From: Phoronis australis
Lineage: Eukaryota; Animalia; Phoronida
Reading direction: 5' to 3'
Assembly (NCBI GenBank): GCA_002633005.1
Contig: NMRA01000005.1
Coordinates: forward strand, 599,913 to 663,912
Length of the DNA stretch: 64,000 nucleotides
Shown here: positions 41,341 through 53,966 of the stretch, in pieces
Layout: each line of letters starts with the position of its first letter
Position numbering within the stretch: position 1 is the first letter of the stretch
The notes under the pieces: generated by a model
What the model was told of the DNA's origin: nothing
Seen by the model: only the letters and a program-made list of their open reading frames with translations
The model's database searches: none
Made by a program: the position numbers and the translations under genes

Positions 41341-43677
41341 TCAGTCTATGGGCCTATATTCGGAAAATCCCGGAACAAATTGTGTTAGAGCTAAGGAAAA
41401 AGCTCTTCTGACTGATATAGACTATAGGAAAGATGGCCATTTGTTTGATATAGCATAGCTGTGTCTTAGGGTGAGATTTATGTTTCTCATAATGGCCAGG
41501 TGTCTGTATTATCTTTGTGTACAGTACATGCTTTTTGTCTGTGGTTTTCTCTGGTCTGTGATGAATAAATTGATTTTTTAACTACACGCAGGAAGTTTTA
41601 GGTACCCTGATTTGTCAAGCTTTGTCTTTTGTGAACAGTCGTGACAACTTTGTCTGATTGTCAGTGGAGCACTTGACTCCCCCAATTGTTTGTTGACGTC
41701 AACGTCTGGGGCGCTGTTCACACTCTGCCGTTGAGACGGCGGTTCCATAATCCGCCGGCATAAACGGTGTCCCAATATTGGCAGCAACAAAACTATTGTG
41801 GATGATATATTTAGTTTTAGATCGGCAGTGACGCTGCGTTAAGCGGGAAAATCTCGAATTAGGCCGCGGAGACGAGACTGTGCCGTGTTACCAACCCTCT
41901 CCACGTAGCGGCCATGATGTCAATTGACACGTCATTCAAAGATGACTCGTTTCACTGCAATCGATCGTTGCCAAATCCGTGCACATACCGTGGAGGCCCT
42001 TGTCGCACATTCGCGCGACACATACGGCGGTTCGTGGCACCGTGACAATTCGCCTCTACACACACCGAAGAACTTGCTTGCCCTAGATATCCAATGCCCA
42101 ATGAACCGAGAGAACCACCGGAAACCGCTAAAAATTAAACATGTTCAACTTAACGGCAGTCTTGGCAGTTGGAAACGGACTGTGCACAGTCACTTTCACC
42201 GATGAGAAAAACGATCCCACCAGAACCAGCAGACTATAGAGCTATCGCTGCATGGCGAACCAAAAACGTGAAAAATGNNNNCCCCCCCCCCCCACAGAAC
42301 GTTTTCAGTTCGGTTTCAACAAAAAACAATAGGGCTTCGATCTATTCAGGGTATACGTGTCTTTTTGCAAATTCTACCCTGATCAGATAAAAAGTGCTAC
42401 TTGTAGATCTAAAGAAATATGCAACCAAAAGCACCCTGACTACAAATATGGGGCTATAGAACTCACTTATTTCAGTGATGCGCCGCCCGTTGTGCCGGTG
42501 CCTGCCTGCCTCAAACTAAATTTGAACTGGAGATTTCTCTCTATGGTCTTACATATAATGTCAACTTTAGTACACCGGCAAACGTACCAATTGCACCACT
42601 TCCCGGCGAGTTCGCAATGGTTATGATAGAATCATACGCACGAACATCGCATCTTATACGCACTAACCACTTGGCAAACCACTGAGGCCAGCGCGAGCAA
42701 AACCAGTGTGTCACTCTAAACATTCGGTCATAAAAAAGAATGGTGCAACCTTTGCAAGTGTGGTACACACGCATGTAACGCTTGACAAAACCTGAGAATG
42801 AGTGGCGCTGATGCTTGGGTCCGAGGCTAAAAAATTGAGGAGCGTTCCCATACTACGTCATCTAAAATTTGTCACTTTTTACCCTCCTCCGGGTCGGTGC
42901 CCCTCTGTCATTACCCATCATCATGAATGATGTAACCTCCGCCGACGGCAGTCTACGTCATTGCAGCCAACGCTCCCTCCCTTAATCGGAAGTCGTCGTT
43001 GGAGATCCCCCCTCCAGCCCTCTTATGGTGCGCCGCCCATGCAACAAGAGCAATCACGAAAAGTTCCGCGGTCATCGACTTATCGTATTTTGGGGTTCAG
43101 TTGTGTCACAGCTCGATGGACTACATAGGCGGATTTAGGGGGGGCCAGGCCGCCCCCCCTTGGCTGCCGCAAAAAAATAAAACGGCAAGAGCGTAGGGAA
43201 ATGTTAAGTTTATTAATTAACCCCTGTAATTAAAATTATACGGATGAAACAAGATTTAAATGTGTGCAGTTTTAGTGTTTTTTGGGGGGCTCAGATCTAT
43301 TTTCAAGTGTCATATTCGGAACACGGCGCATTCGTAACGGAACTATGGCTAATAAGCTCTCCCGCGATATCCCAGGCCACCGGCAAAAGCGCTGCGCACT
43401 ACGACTCCGTTTCCGTCGTCTGCTCCACTGTGCAATGAAGAAAATTTACTTCATTTTTTAAAGAAAATGGAACCAGAGTGACGATGAAAAAACAGAAATT
43501 GCTGGTAAGATGTGAATTTTAATCGAAGCCTTGGTGAATCTCTCAGAACCTCATAATTCTCTATTTGTCAAACCTTAACTTAAAACGATTTCCAAAGCAA
43601 TCCCCATTGCCAACACGAAAAACGGATTTGGCCTTTTGGGCATTTGAAGACTATTTTAAATACAACAAATTTGTTAA

Positions 43678-44635
43678 AGTGTACACAACATGACTCTAGT
43701 ACCTCAAAATAAATTTTATTATTATATCTTACTTGATTTCAGTGCCTTTAGTGCACAGCTCATAAAGAAACACGCAAAAATTGAAAAAAATAATAATTAT
43801 GTACAACGTCATGGGTTGAACCCAGGTCGTTCGCCATACCGTTCGGATCAGAGACAAAGTGTATAGAGTGAAGAGAATGCAAAGTACATTTAGCGTCGAG
43901 AAGGTTCGTAGAGGGATCAAAAGATGTGTTTCCGGAGGCTGCAGCAACAGCAGCCAGGCGGAAAACGTCTCGGTGTTCCGAAGGACACCAAAGTTGCGCA
44001 GAAGTGGCATGACTTCGTGCGCCGAACGAGAGTGTGGGACGTCATCGTGGACCAAGCGATTCGGTCCGGGGCCACTCTGTGTTCTGCCCACTTCGAGGAC
44101 TCGTGTTTCGACTCCAGTCACAGGAGACGATGAAGGCCTGGTTCAATAAAGGACAATATTTATCATTCAGAAACATCAGCTCTTAATTCAGGATCGTCTG
44201 TTGGATGACTGGGTTGACTCGCCGAGCCCGAGGCCGCTTCTCTCGCGGGAGGATCCAGTTCATAAGGCTCAAAGTAGAAAAGTACGCAGCCGGAAGCACA
44301 TTAAACTTGTTCTCGCTTTCGTGCAACCCCATTTCCTCATCCAGGCCACCATTCTCATACGTTTCTTCATAGTATTCGTTCAATTCTTGCTCATAATCGT
44401 CGTCACTTTCAAATTCCCTGGTCTCCGCCATTGTTCAATGCTAGTCACTGATCTCTTGTGTTCAACCCATGACGTCACATGGCGGGAAATGTGAAAATTG
44501 GCAAAATTGAAAGAAAAATCAAAATTTTGAGCTAATTACACAAAATAAACATGGGTTTAGCTAAATTTTACGTCATACATTTAGTCTGTGGCCACCGGTA
44601 ATTCAAAATGTGCAAAAATCCATGGTGTGTACTGT
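43678..44635 (+). mobile_element. Internally deleted Kolobok-type transposon with frameshifted THAP ORF and convergent acidic ORF
   Basis: TTAA|AGTGTACACAACATG ... CATGGTGTGTACTGT|TTAA. THAP: RCVSGGCSN...SVFR-(frameshift)-PKDTKVAQKWHDFVRRTR...LCSAHFEDSCF (~43920-44115). Opposite-strand acidic ORF MAETREFESDDDYEQE (44431-44183) fits the two-convergent-ORF layout of Kolobok elements. Confidence 0.78.
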
Positions 44636-44759
44636 TTAAGAACCGATTGCACCAAATATAAAACGTGTAATAAGCATTGCGAAAAGAAGTAGGTTTCGCG
44701 CGCAAACGCTGTGGACCATAAACAAGTAGGTCTCTTAGCACAAGATTAGTAGTTAAATC

Positions 44760-44830
44760 GTGGTGGTTTAGTGGTAAAGCGGCGTGCGCTCTATCCGCCA
44801 GGTCGTGAGTTCGAGTCTGTGGTACGCGCG
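44760..44830 (+). mobile_element. tRNA-like (SINE-head or pseudo-tRNA) segment
   Basis: A box TGGTTTAGTGG and B box GAGTTCGAGTC; acceptor and anticodon stems do not pair well. Confidence 0.45.
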
Positions 44831-45301
44831 GTTTTTCCTGTTTGACACGTCTCTTCTATATTTTTTGCCTTTTTTCTTGGATAATACTTCAGGAATCTAG
44901 GAAAATGCTTGATTTTTAGAGGAAAAAAACAGAAACATTTCCTGGGCGGAAGGGGGGCAACCCCCCTCCCGACCTCCCCCCCATTCGGTGCTATACGCAT
45001 CTACAATCGTGGTTTGCGCAAATGGCTTACAGCTGGACAAAATGTTGCCCCCCCTTGTGATATCCTAGAACCGCCACTGGACTAACTGAAACAAGGCCTT
45101 ATGTGGTCCGAGGCTGTCTGAGAATATGTTCAGTATTGCCTTAGCATCATTTCAGTAGGTTTAGTCATTTACTACTCAACTTTCACTTGTTATTTCCTGC
45201 CACTTTATAGAGAAGTCGATAAGTAACACTTCCTATTCTAAGAACTCCCTTATTTGAATGTGCATCTTAATTGATTAGTTCGTAATTCTTGTATCCCTAG
45301 T

Positions 45302-45453
45302 CAGTGGCGGATTTAGAAGCCGGGGGCCATGGCCCCCCTAAAATTCTCCTGTCCATTTGGCAGTTCGGAGTGCGAACGTCTGACGAGTAAAATCCTGGCT
45401 AATAGACATACTCTGACCTCCCCCCACAACTCAAAATCTTGGATCCGCCCCTG
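45302..45453. mobile_element. ~150-bp hAT-like MITE with 5-bp TSD
   Basis: CAGTGGCGGATTTAG...GGATCCGCCCCTG flanked by CTAGT on both sides. Confidence 0.85.
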
Positions 45454-45935
45454 CTAGTCTCTCTACTATATATTGTGTCTCATTCACTATTTGTCAGTCC
45501 ACACACCACAGTGTATAGTGTGTGCGTTCTGTTTTACGATCTGCAGTTTATTACAATAGAACTATAAGCCTAGTTAGACTCAACCTCATTGTTTAATTCA
45601 ATCTCACGGTTCCACATAACTAACCACCTCCACTAACCTCAGTAGTTGAACCCCATTATTTTTACTAGTCGCGCGCCCACGGTCTTACGTCGGACACCTC
45701 CAAGCAACTCCACTTAGCGGCCCTAATTCTGTTTTTGAAAACTGTTCGTGGTGCTTCCCTTTCTCGTAAATTGTTTCTTTGGCGATGTTTTTGAACGGAC
45801 TCACAAAATGACGATTTTCACAAGCACGGCATGATGAAAAGAATACTACGGTGACACCTCAACTGGTCGAGAAGCGCAACTCGATCGGTTTGCGCACCAC
45901 ACATTTCAGTTTTTGCCGGTTCGAGATGGCTTCTC

Positions 45936-46078
45936 CAGGGGCGGATCCAGGATTTTTATTTAGGGTGGCCAGGGCAGAGAATTAGCCAGGATTTTGCCCG
46001 TCAGACGGCGCACCCCCGAACTACCAAAGGGGAATCTGAGAGAGTTTTAGGGAGGGGGCATGGCCCCCTGGCCCCCTG
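45936..46078. mobile_element. Truncated copy of the same MITE family (opposite orientation to 45302)
   Basis: CAGGGGCGGATCCAGGATTTT...TTAGCCAGGATTTTGCCCGTCAGACG...GGCCCCCTGGCCCCCT; right TIR missing. Confidence 0.75.
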
Positions 46079-46099
46079 ACTGATCACGGCGTCCTCCCG

Positions 46100-46635
46100 T
46101 TCAGTGGTGTTACCAGACATAGAGTGTTGTGAGCGTGTGATAACATCTAGATCCTTTGTTTAACTGCCAAGCACAGTCTTATGTCAGGTATGACAACAGG
46201 CACGCCACGTATCTACCAGGCTTATTACAGACCTCGTGTGAACAAAATCAAACCCAGAGCGAATTGGTACGTTGGGAAAGAATAGATAGTCATAACTTCG
46301 GTTGTAGTTGGACGATTTTAGCGATTCAAAAACTAAACATGGTCAGCATTTGACGAGAAATTCAGAAATGTTATTGGTTTATGTTCAAATATGTTACAAC
46401 TTAGGCGAGACTAGCCTTCGATCTTATCGCAGATTAGAGCAATTATCGAACACTGAGGGAGCTGCATAAGCGCCCCCCCCCCCCCACTTTTTTTCAGTGC
46501 TGCGCCGCTGGCCCTCCAATGCCAGAATGGACTTAAACAGTCGTGTAAGGTATTGGCTACAGAGGTCATCTTCGCAACCTGTTGGGCTGTGGAATCGAAC
46601 AAGTTGGGATCAACGGGAAAACGCCGTAATGGAGT
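46100..46635 (+). repeat. Dispersed repeat, copy 2 (homologous to ~40830-41340)
   Basis: Same ordered blocks as copy 1; the ORF-track peptides NFGCSWAILAIQKLN and NFGCSWTILAIQKLN reflect this homology. Confidence 0.75.
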
Positions 46636-46860
46636 AAAGATCCATACGTTGTTCGCCTGAGCTGCTGATGTAGATAGAGAGACCATCATAAAAACGTTGG
46701 GGGCCACAATAGTATTTTTAAATTTTCGTTTTGAAAGTTTGTAAATAGCACGTCTGAATAGTTCCTGAAAGGCACACGTTTTGAATTTTGAAAAGTTGGA
46801 CAAATGAGAAATATGTGACATGAAGACCTAAAACGTTCGATTTATTTGTTGCAATAATCA

Positions 46861-48530
46861 TTTTTTTTTGTTTTTTTTAACATTTGTTTCAATAATAATA
46901 ATAATAACACAGTACAAAGACAGAAAACTCCAATGACACACCATACCCACACGCACGCACACACATATTTCACAGAGAACTCGATTTCACAAACCAAAAA
47001 CACCAAATGTACTTTTCTCATCTGTAGTTTCTTTCTAAAGAGGAAAAAACATCTTTGGAGAAATATGTCTCCAAATCCATTTTTACAATAATTATATTTT
47101 TCGAACGTGAAATAAATTCTTCAGTTTTTGAAAAGTGTTATAGATGGAAGCTCTACGTTCAGCTTTGTAAAGTATATTATGTGCTTTTTGGCCAAAAGAA
47201 TGACAAGATTCAACAATTCATTCGCTTTTCCAATTTTACCAAATATAACAATCTGAAAATCTATAGATATATCGACATTTTTGCGTGAATATAATATTCA
47301 GCTATTCTTTTCCAAAAAGGCTTAACAAAAGTGCAACCCCAATATAAATGTTCTAAACTTTCAGGTTCATTCCTACAAAAGGTACATCGGCCAGTTGGAG
47401 AAATGCCAATTCGCATCAAAAAGTTGTTTGTTGCTAAACTCTATGAACAATTCTCATTTAACCATCTGAGTCTAACATTTGTAGTACAAAAACAGAATTT
47501 TTAAAACATAACTTCCATTCGGTCGTTGATCTTGCAAAACCAAAAGTATTTTTCCATTTTTCTAATCGAAACTAAGTTGTCAGAAAAATATTATATATAT
47601 CACGAGTACCTTTCGAATTTTTCGCTAAAATTTGCCAGAGTTGTGCGATAACTGGTTGAGACACTTTTTCACTCTAGTTGAAAACTATATACTTTTGAAA
47701 GTTCATTCAAGCAATTTTTAGTCCGCAATAAGGTGTAAAAAAGGTTTAAAATCAAATTTGTCTGCAAAACTGTTGTATGACAAGAAATTTCCGTTTTTGT
47801 CAAATAAATTACCTGAGAATCTCACACCCTTTTTACTCCAAGTTGGATAAAGTATTTGGTTTTCCTCCAATCTGAACCTTTGTGTTATGCCATAAAGGAA
47901 GGGACAGTATGATATCCGCTTCTTTGACCTCATTTAATATCCGATCAAACTCAAATGTTGAAACAGGCACATCCTTCCAAATAGGATTCGCCGTGGACTG
48001 GGCTACCATTTTAAAAAATAGTTTCCTCCCGGCATTGAACATTTTTTCAACTGATGTCAAATTGACTTGAATTCCGCAAAATATCTATCCAATTATTTTG
48101 TCCATTCAATCTTTTTAACCATGTTACTTTAGAGCGTTGATAAAGGAAACTAAATGAACCGTTGAGACCACAACTTTTATAATTCTGAACCATTGTCTTA
48201 CGAGAAATTTTATCTTTCTTGTTACTCCAAATAAACTGAAAAAACATTTTCTCCAGTCAGTTGTTTGATAACGCCCCTTTGGTTATTTCACCAAACCAAA
48301 TTTTCCCAGAACACCGAGGTATCTTCTGGACCAAGAGAGTAAGATATTCTGAATATCAATAAGTTTTGCATTACATGTAAAGTTCAAACCAATCATGTCG
48401 TCTAGATTTAAACTAAATGTAATCCCCACAGTTGAAAATTCTGACCATTTTAAACTTTTTGCCTAATGACGTAACTAGGTATTTTCCCTGGTTACAATCC
48501 ATACACATTCGTTTTTTTTAATTGTTTCTC
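46861..48530 (-). mobile_element. 5'-truncated, decayed non-LTR retrotransposon (L1/Tx1-like ORF2 3' part)
   Basis: Minus-strand fragments FIWSNKKDKISRKTMVQNYKSCGLN, KVTWLKRL, NPIWKDV, PLWHNTKVQIGGK and LATNNFLMRIGISPTGRCTFCRNEPESLEHLYWGCTFVKPFWKR (zf-RVT C-terminal finger); many frameshifts; A-rich tail at 46861-46878. Confidence 0.85.
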
Positions 48531-48920
48531 TGCTGGGTGTGCAACACGATTGGGCCACTTAACAAACCACCAAGCAGCACTTTGATTTTGAGGTAAGCCA
48601 AGTGTCATCGTTCACGACCGTCACGGTTTTGCCGGCACAGGTGGCTCCACACTAGTCACCGAGCCCTCGACCGGGCGTGTGTTCAGTAGACGCTAGGACC
48701 TACGCTAGGACCTACTTAAAACCTAGTCAAAGTCACGTGTTATTTAAAATACACGGCAATTTCTCACGTAATTTCGCGAAGTCTTGCTTTTTAGCGAAGT
48801 CCTAGACGGTTACTGATATGAGGCTCAGGCTGGTATCTAAGTGATCAAGTGCAGCTGGCCTATAGGCGACATCTATTGATCGTCTGCCAAGTCCTTTGAA
48901 CACGTGACCCGAAACTCAAG

Positions 48921-51900
48921 ATGGAGTCGGGTCGCAGTTGTCCGACAGAAATATCTTGTTTATTTCCAGAAATTCTGTCAATGGTGTTCAGTTATCTTAG
49001 TGTTCGAGATAAAGGGGTCGCTGCACAAGTGTGTGTCAAGTGGAGGGATGCATCGTACAACAGGCGAGTATGGAACGGCGTTGAGGCTAAACTACATCTC
49101 CGCCGCTACATTCCCTCTTTGTTCAGAAGTCTTGCCAAGCGAGGAATCCATAAAGTACAAGTTTTAAGCTTGCGGAGAAGCTTGCGAGACGTGGTGCAGG
49201 GTTTACCCAAGTTGAACAGTTTGAATCTCAGTGGTTGTTACAATCTCACTGATAGCGGAATAGGTGATGCCTTGATGCAAGAAATCCCTACAATAACAGT
49301 CCTAAATTTGAGTTTGTGTAAAAAGATCACAGACAACACACTTGGGAGTATAACACAGTATTTGAAAAACCTGCAAGTATTAGAACTAGGTGGATGCAGC
49401 CACATTACAGACAATGGCTTGTTGTTGATATCGTTTGGCTTACACAAGTTGAAGACCCTCAATGTGCGCAGCTGTCGACATATATCTGACCTTGGAATAC
49501 GCCACCTAGCGGGAAATGGACAAGTAACAGGATGTGGGGCTCTGGCAATAGAACACTTAGGTTTGTATTGCTAACTTGGTCTATTTTGGACCAGTGCACT
49601 GACCACCAGAAGTTGGTAGTCTAAGCAGGAACTCATCTAAGATTTGAATTGTGGAGGGTCCAAATTCGCGAGATTGGCACTCGCCACCTACGGGTATTCC
49701 GCATGAGGTATTCCCCCCCAAAAAACATGGCTGCCAGTATTTGTCGATCGTCAGTAAGACATTTATGGAAAAAATGGATTGTAGTAGCCTAGCTGAGATC
49801 TCGATGTCTGAATATTTATCGAACTAAAGAGAACTATAGGTTTTAGTAAAATTTACGAATCGGAAATGTTAAAATTCTTTGTTACGGCCATCGTTTTTTG
49901 CTGAGGTTGTTTTTGAACGAACCGTCTTTTTTTCTCTTGGCCGTGCCATCCAAGTCTTCGTTTTCCAAAACTGGTCTCTAGATGAGTCCCTGACCAGACA
50001 TATGAAGTTTGGTTTAAGTGGTCAGTCTCAGGCTTTCGTATTATTTGGTCTCTGTAGACTAGTTATACAACGGTGACTCAACAGGGCCACATAGCATGTT
50101 CTTCCAGAACTATTCTTATCAGGGGAATCTTTCAGACACTTAAGCAGTGGCTTTCATACTATTATCTTAGCTGTAAACACATGTGGCCAGAACAACAACA
50201 AACATCTACTTCAAGATTTTACAAATTCCCCTGCCAACATTGCCAACATTCGGTGTCTGTGCTACTAAGTGTGCGTCAACCTGTGCTCATGTTGATGCTT
50301 GCATCAATTAAAACATTCAAACAGTTGGGCAGGCTCTGAGTTTCTATTGATTTATTGGTGTTGTTAACACATGTACTTGGTAAACATGTCAAAGCCATTT
50401 GGTGAAGTGTCTGATGTAAGTTGACCTAGTTTGACTTGATGTGGGGGCAGTTTTAGATATTTTGCAGTGCCTAATAGGTCCCACTTAAGTTTTTTAAACG
50501 TATCAGAAAAGTAGGAGGTAATTGCCAACTTGTTGCATAGCCCTGCATGTGAAATACCAGCAAAAGTAAACTCCCACTGTTCAGTACCAGCTTAAAGCAC
50601 CATGACGACAAAGAAAGTGCGACAAATATTCACCTTGCTTCTTATCTCATAAAACAGAAATATAAAATTGAATGTTGTTTTTGGTTTCATGGATTACTTA
50701 ATTTTGAAAAGAGATGATTTTGCATTGTTATGTAGTATTTTTACAAAATCATGTTTCTCTACAGTTCATACTAAGACTGAATTTTGAAACTAGGTTGACG
50801 ATCCTCTCGGCTTTCCGGCCATCGCTAAAATAGATCTACCATCAACAAGAAATTTACTGTGCAAAAAGTGCATTGTTAGTGTATTTGTAAATATTCCATG
50901 TGCACCTCAACATTGGTCGGACGTGCCGCCAGCAGTTTATAAATGTCAACAAACCTTTGAATGGAAATACTTTTGACGAATCTTATTGGCTGTTGCTTGT
51001 GCATTTCTCACGTTTTAACGAATACTCATGACAAGTTGTATGTACTGTTTTTTTATGTTTACATATAGGTCTGCAAGACTGACTCAACACACCATTGGTG
51101 GTATATGTACTGTATGGCTAAGTTTACACAGGTTTACAAGACTGTCAGAAGCTGACAGACCTGGAATTCAGACACATCATTAGTGGTACCAGACAGTACA
51201 TATACGGTATATGTACTGTCTGGTTATGTTTACACAGGTTTACAAGGCTGTGCACAGCTGACAGATCTGGCCTTCAGACACAGTATTGATGGTACATGTG
51301 CTGTCTGGTTATGTTTACACAGGTTTACAAGACTTGGACGCTGACAGACCTGGCCCTCAATCGCACCACTATATATACTGTCTGGTTATGTTTACACAGG
51401 TTTACAAGACTCAGACGCTGACAGACCTGGCCCTCAGTCGCACCACTATATATACTGTCTGGTTATGTTTACACAGGTTTACAAGACTGTCAGAAGCTGA
51501 CAGACCTGGCCCTTCGACACATCAGTGAAGGCATGCAACATGTGAAGAGTATTAATCTGAGTTTCTGCGCCAGTATCTCCGACACCGGCCTCAAATACCT
51601 GTCCAAGGTACCCTACCTCAGTCAACTTAACCTACGCAGCTGTGTGAATATCTCAGACGTGGCACTGAGCTACCTCTCAAACAGCGGTTCTCGCATTACA
51701 AGTCTGGACATAAGTTTCTGTGAAAAGATCAGCGACCAGGGACTGACGTACATATCACAAGGCATGTACAACCTTCATAGTCTCAGTATGTCATCATGCA
51801 ATGTGTCCGATGAAGGTGTTGGTAAACTGATACCAGCTGTGCATGACTTGAGGACGTTAAATGTGGGTCAGTGTGCCAGGATAACTGATAACAGTCTCAG

Positions 51901-52042
51901 TCTCATTGCTGACCACTGTCTGAATCTGCACACTGTTGACCTGTATGGCTGTAGTAAGGTGACCAAGGCAGGTATAAGCAAGCTGCGACAACTGAAGTCA
52001 TTGGTGAATATCAACCTGGACCTGTGGAATGTTGCTGTTTAA
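48921..52042 (+). CDS. FBXL14: F-box/LRR-repeat protein 14 (Partner of paired orthologue), ~401 aa, SCF substrate receptor, 2 coding exons
   Basis: Exon 1 48921-49560 (ISCLFPEILSMVFSYLSVRDKGVAAQVCVKWRDASYNRRVWNGVEAKLHLRR...LSLRRSL...LNLSGCYNLTD), phase-1 intron, exon 2 51477-52042 (GLQDCQKLTDLALRHIS...INLSFC...VDLYGC...NLDLW); 1206 nt. Confidence 0.95.
51045..51530 (+). repeat. Tandem array of six intron/exon-junction units (~77-106 bp) at the FBXL14 exon 2 acceptor
   Basis: TACTGTCTGGTTATGTTTACACAG|GTTTACAAGAC...GCTGACAGACCTGG repeated, with acceptor-like starts at 51069, 51132, 51238, 51323, 51400 and 51477. Confidence 0.9.
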
Positions 52043-53138
52043 CTCACCTCTTCATCACCCATATTTTGACATTTGAAATTTTTTTTTATGCGTCCACATA
52101 TACATATGTGGTCACATATTGTCATTATCTCTGTCTAGGGTTTTGCGTCCCCTACTGTATCTCTTAAACACCTGGCAGGATCTAGCATGATGTATTTTAT
52201 GCCACCTGATAGCCATTTTTTCTGTTTTATGGGTTGTTTTTTGCATCCACTTCTTTGTCAGCCTGTTGCATAACAACCTGGTTGAAAACCACGACCAAAT
52301 GAAGAACTTTAAAATTTTTATGTATAAATTTTATTGAATACTGCAATTCGTTGTCTTAATTTAATAAATTATTCAAACATAAATCGAGGTCACAGGCTGT
52401 TTACTGTTTTTTTACCATGGATGTCACACTGGTGATCGGCAAATACCGACAGTCATGTTTTTCGGGATAATACCTTTCTGTCATGTGATGCCAGGGTATT
52501 CTCTAATACGGAATCCACGAACCCAGTGTCGATCTCACGAATTTGGACCCCCATTTTTTAATCCTAGATGAGACCGTGGACGCCACTTTCCATTTTTGAA
52601 TGTAATCCATGTTTTTGCACCACTGTAGCGCTGTTTTTCAGTCCGTTTTTTTTGCACGGGCCTCTTTGTCGGCCAAAACACCCTAACGATGATTATAGGA
52701 AGAAGACGAATGATGATTTTTGGATAGCTGTGACTACTGTGGTGCCTCCCAGTGGCAGATTCTATTAAAGAGACGATAACACCTCAACTCATTGTACGTT
52801 ACCTAGTGGCCAATTTAATTACTTTTTCTCCGCCTCTCTATTGGCCAAACCTCTCAAAGTACCATTATGAAAACTGGAATGTGTTTTTTTTCAGAGGAAG
52901 TTTATGTCCGACATTTTATGACAGGTCCAACTGCTGTGGTACCTTTACCGTAATTACGGTAACTTAGTTTTTCTTTAAGTTACTGTCACATTGACGACAG
53001 CACAAGCCCTGCTTGTGATGGATTTGACCTATGCTGCCTCCTAGTGGTTTTTGTATATGTTTTTGTTAAGTTCCTTGTTGTCTGTTTCCCTATCCTCCAA
53101 ACTGCGTAAGGAACCCTGGTGAAGAGTGGCAGTTGTGT

Positions 53139-53190
53139 GTATTGAGGGGTGCATTGAGGGGTGCATTGAGGGGTGCATTGAGGGGTGCAT
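53139..53190. repeat. 12-bp tandem repeat x~4
   Basis: GTGCATTGAGGG units. Confidence 0.9.
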
Positions 53191-53724
53191 TGCTGACGTG
53201 CTTTGCACACCCTAGATTCTATTTTAAGTTCACTAGTATTTCTCCCTCTAGTGGAAATGTTTAAAATAATGGTCATCCTTGTAGTTGTGCCAAATGCGAT
53301 GCACATAGTCAGGTTTCTGTAAGGAAAGGACGAGTGCTCAGGTTCGAAATGTTCTGCGCCACCTAGTGACCATATTTATGATTTGTGGTGCAATCCTGGT
53401 CGCATTTCAACACATTACTCATGTTTGATAATTCTGCGTTTCACTTGTATGAATATTGAATTGACTTTTCTCGACACATAGGTTAGTACACAGATTTTCA
53501 TAATTGCCTGTTTATATTTGTTGAAATTGCATATAATTATAATATCAATTTGCGTGAATATGGTCTTGTCGACGAAGATATTCATCATTTGTTTGGCCAA
53601 AAAAGCGTATTTGGTTCTGGTTTGTTTTTTGAAAATAACGATTTTGGTGTAGTATTTTTAGTTGGTCGTTTTTCAAAAAAGAAAATCCACCTGAGATGAG
53701 TAAAAATGATGCCGTATTTGTATT

Positions 53725-53966
53725 TTGCTCATCACTTGACATCATGCTATTTCACTACTTTGCTCATCTCTTGACATCATGCTATTTCACTACTTTGCTC
53801 ATCACTTGACATCATGCTATTTCACTACTTTGCTCATCTCTTGACATCATGCTATTTCACTACTTTGCTCATCTCTTGACATCATGCTATTTCACTACTT
53901 TGCTCATCTCTTGACATCATGCTATTTCACTACTTTGCTCATCACTTGACATCATGCTATTTCACT
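53725..53966. repeat. 35-bp minisatellite x~7
   Basis: TTGCTCATC(A/T)CTTGACATCATGCTATTTCACTACT repeated head-to-tail with no spacers. Confidence 0.95.

Larger units (their letters stand above)
43124..45079. mobile_element. hAT-like non-autonomous element with 5-bp TSD, hosting nested insertions
   Basis: Termini CATAGGCGGATTTAGGG...CCTAGAACCGCCACTG flanked by GACTA on both sides (43119-43123, 45080-45084); terminal motif shared with the MITEs at 45302 and 56315. Confidence 0.65.

Noticed and set aside
43859-44149. Host THAP-domain gene
   Set aside because: Frameshifted, truncated and enclosed by TTAA-flanked TIRs; treated as a transposon remnant.
44760-44830. Functional tRNA gene
   Set aside because: A and B boxes are present but the stems do not form a cloverleaf, and it lies inside a transposon.
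53725-53966. 35-bp repeat array as a CRISPR locus
   Set aside because: Units are contiguous with no unique spacers, there are no cas genes, and the context is eukaryotic.
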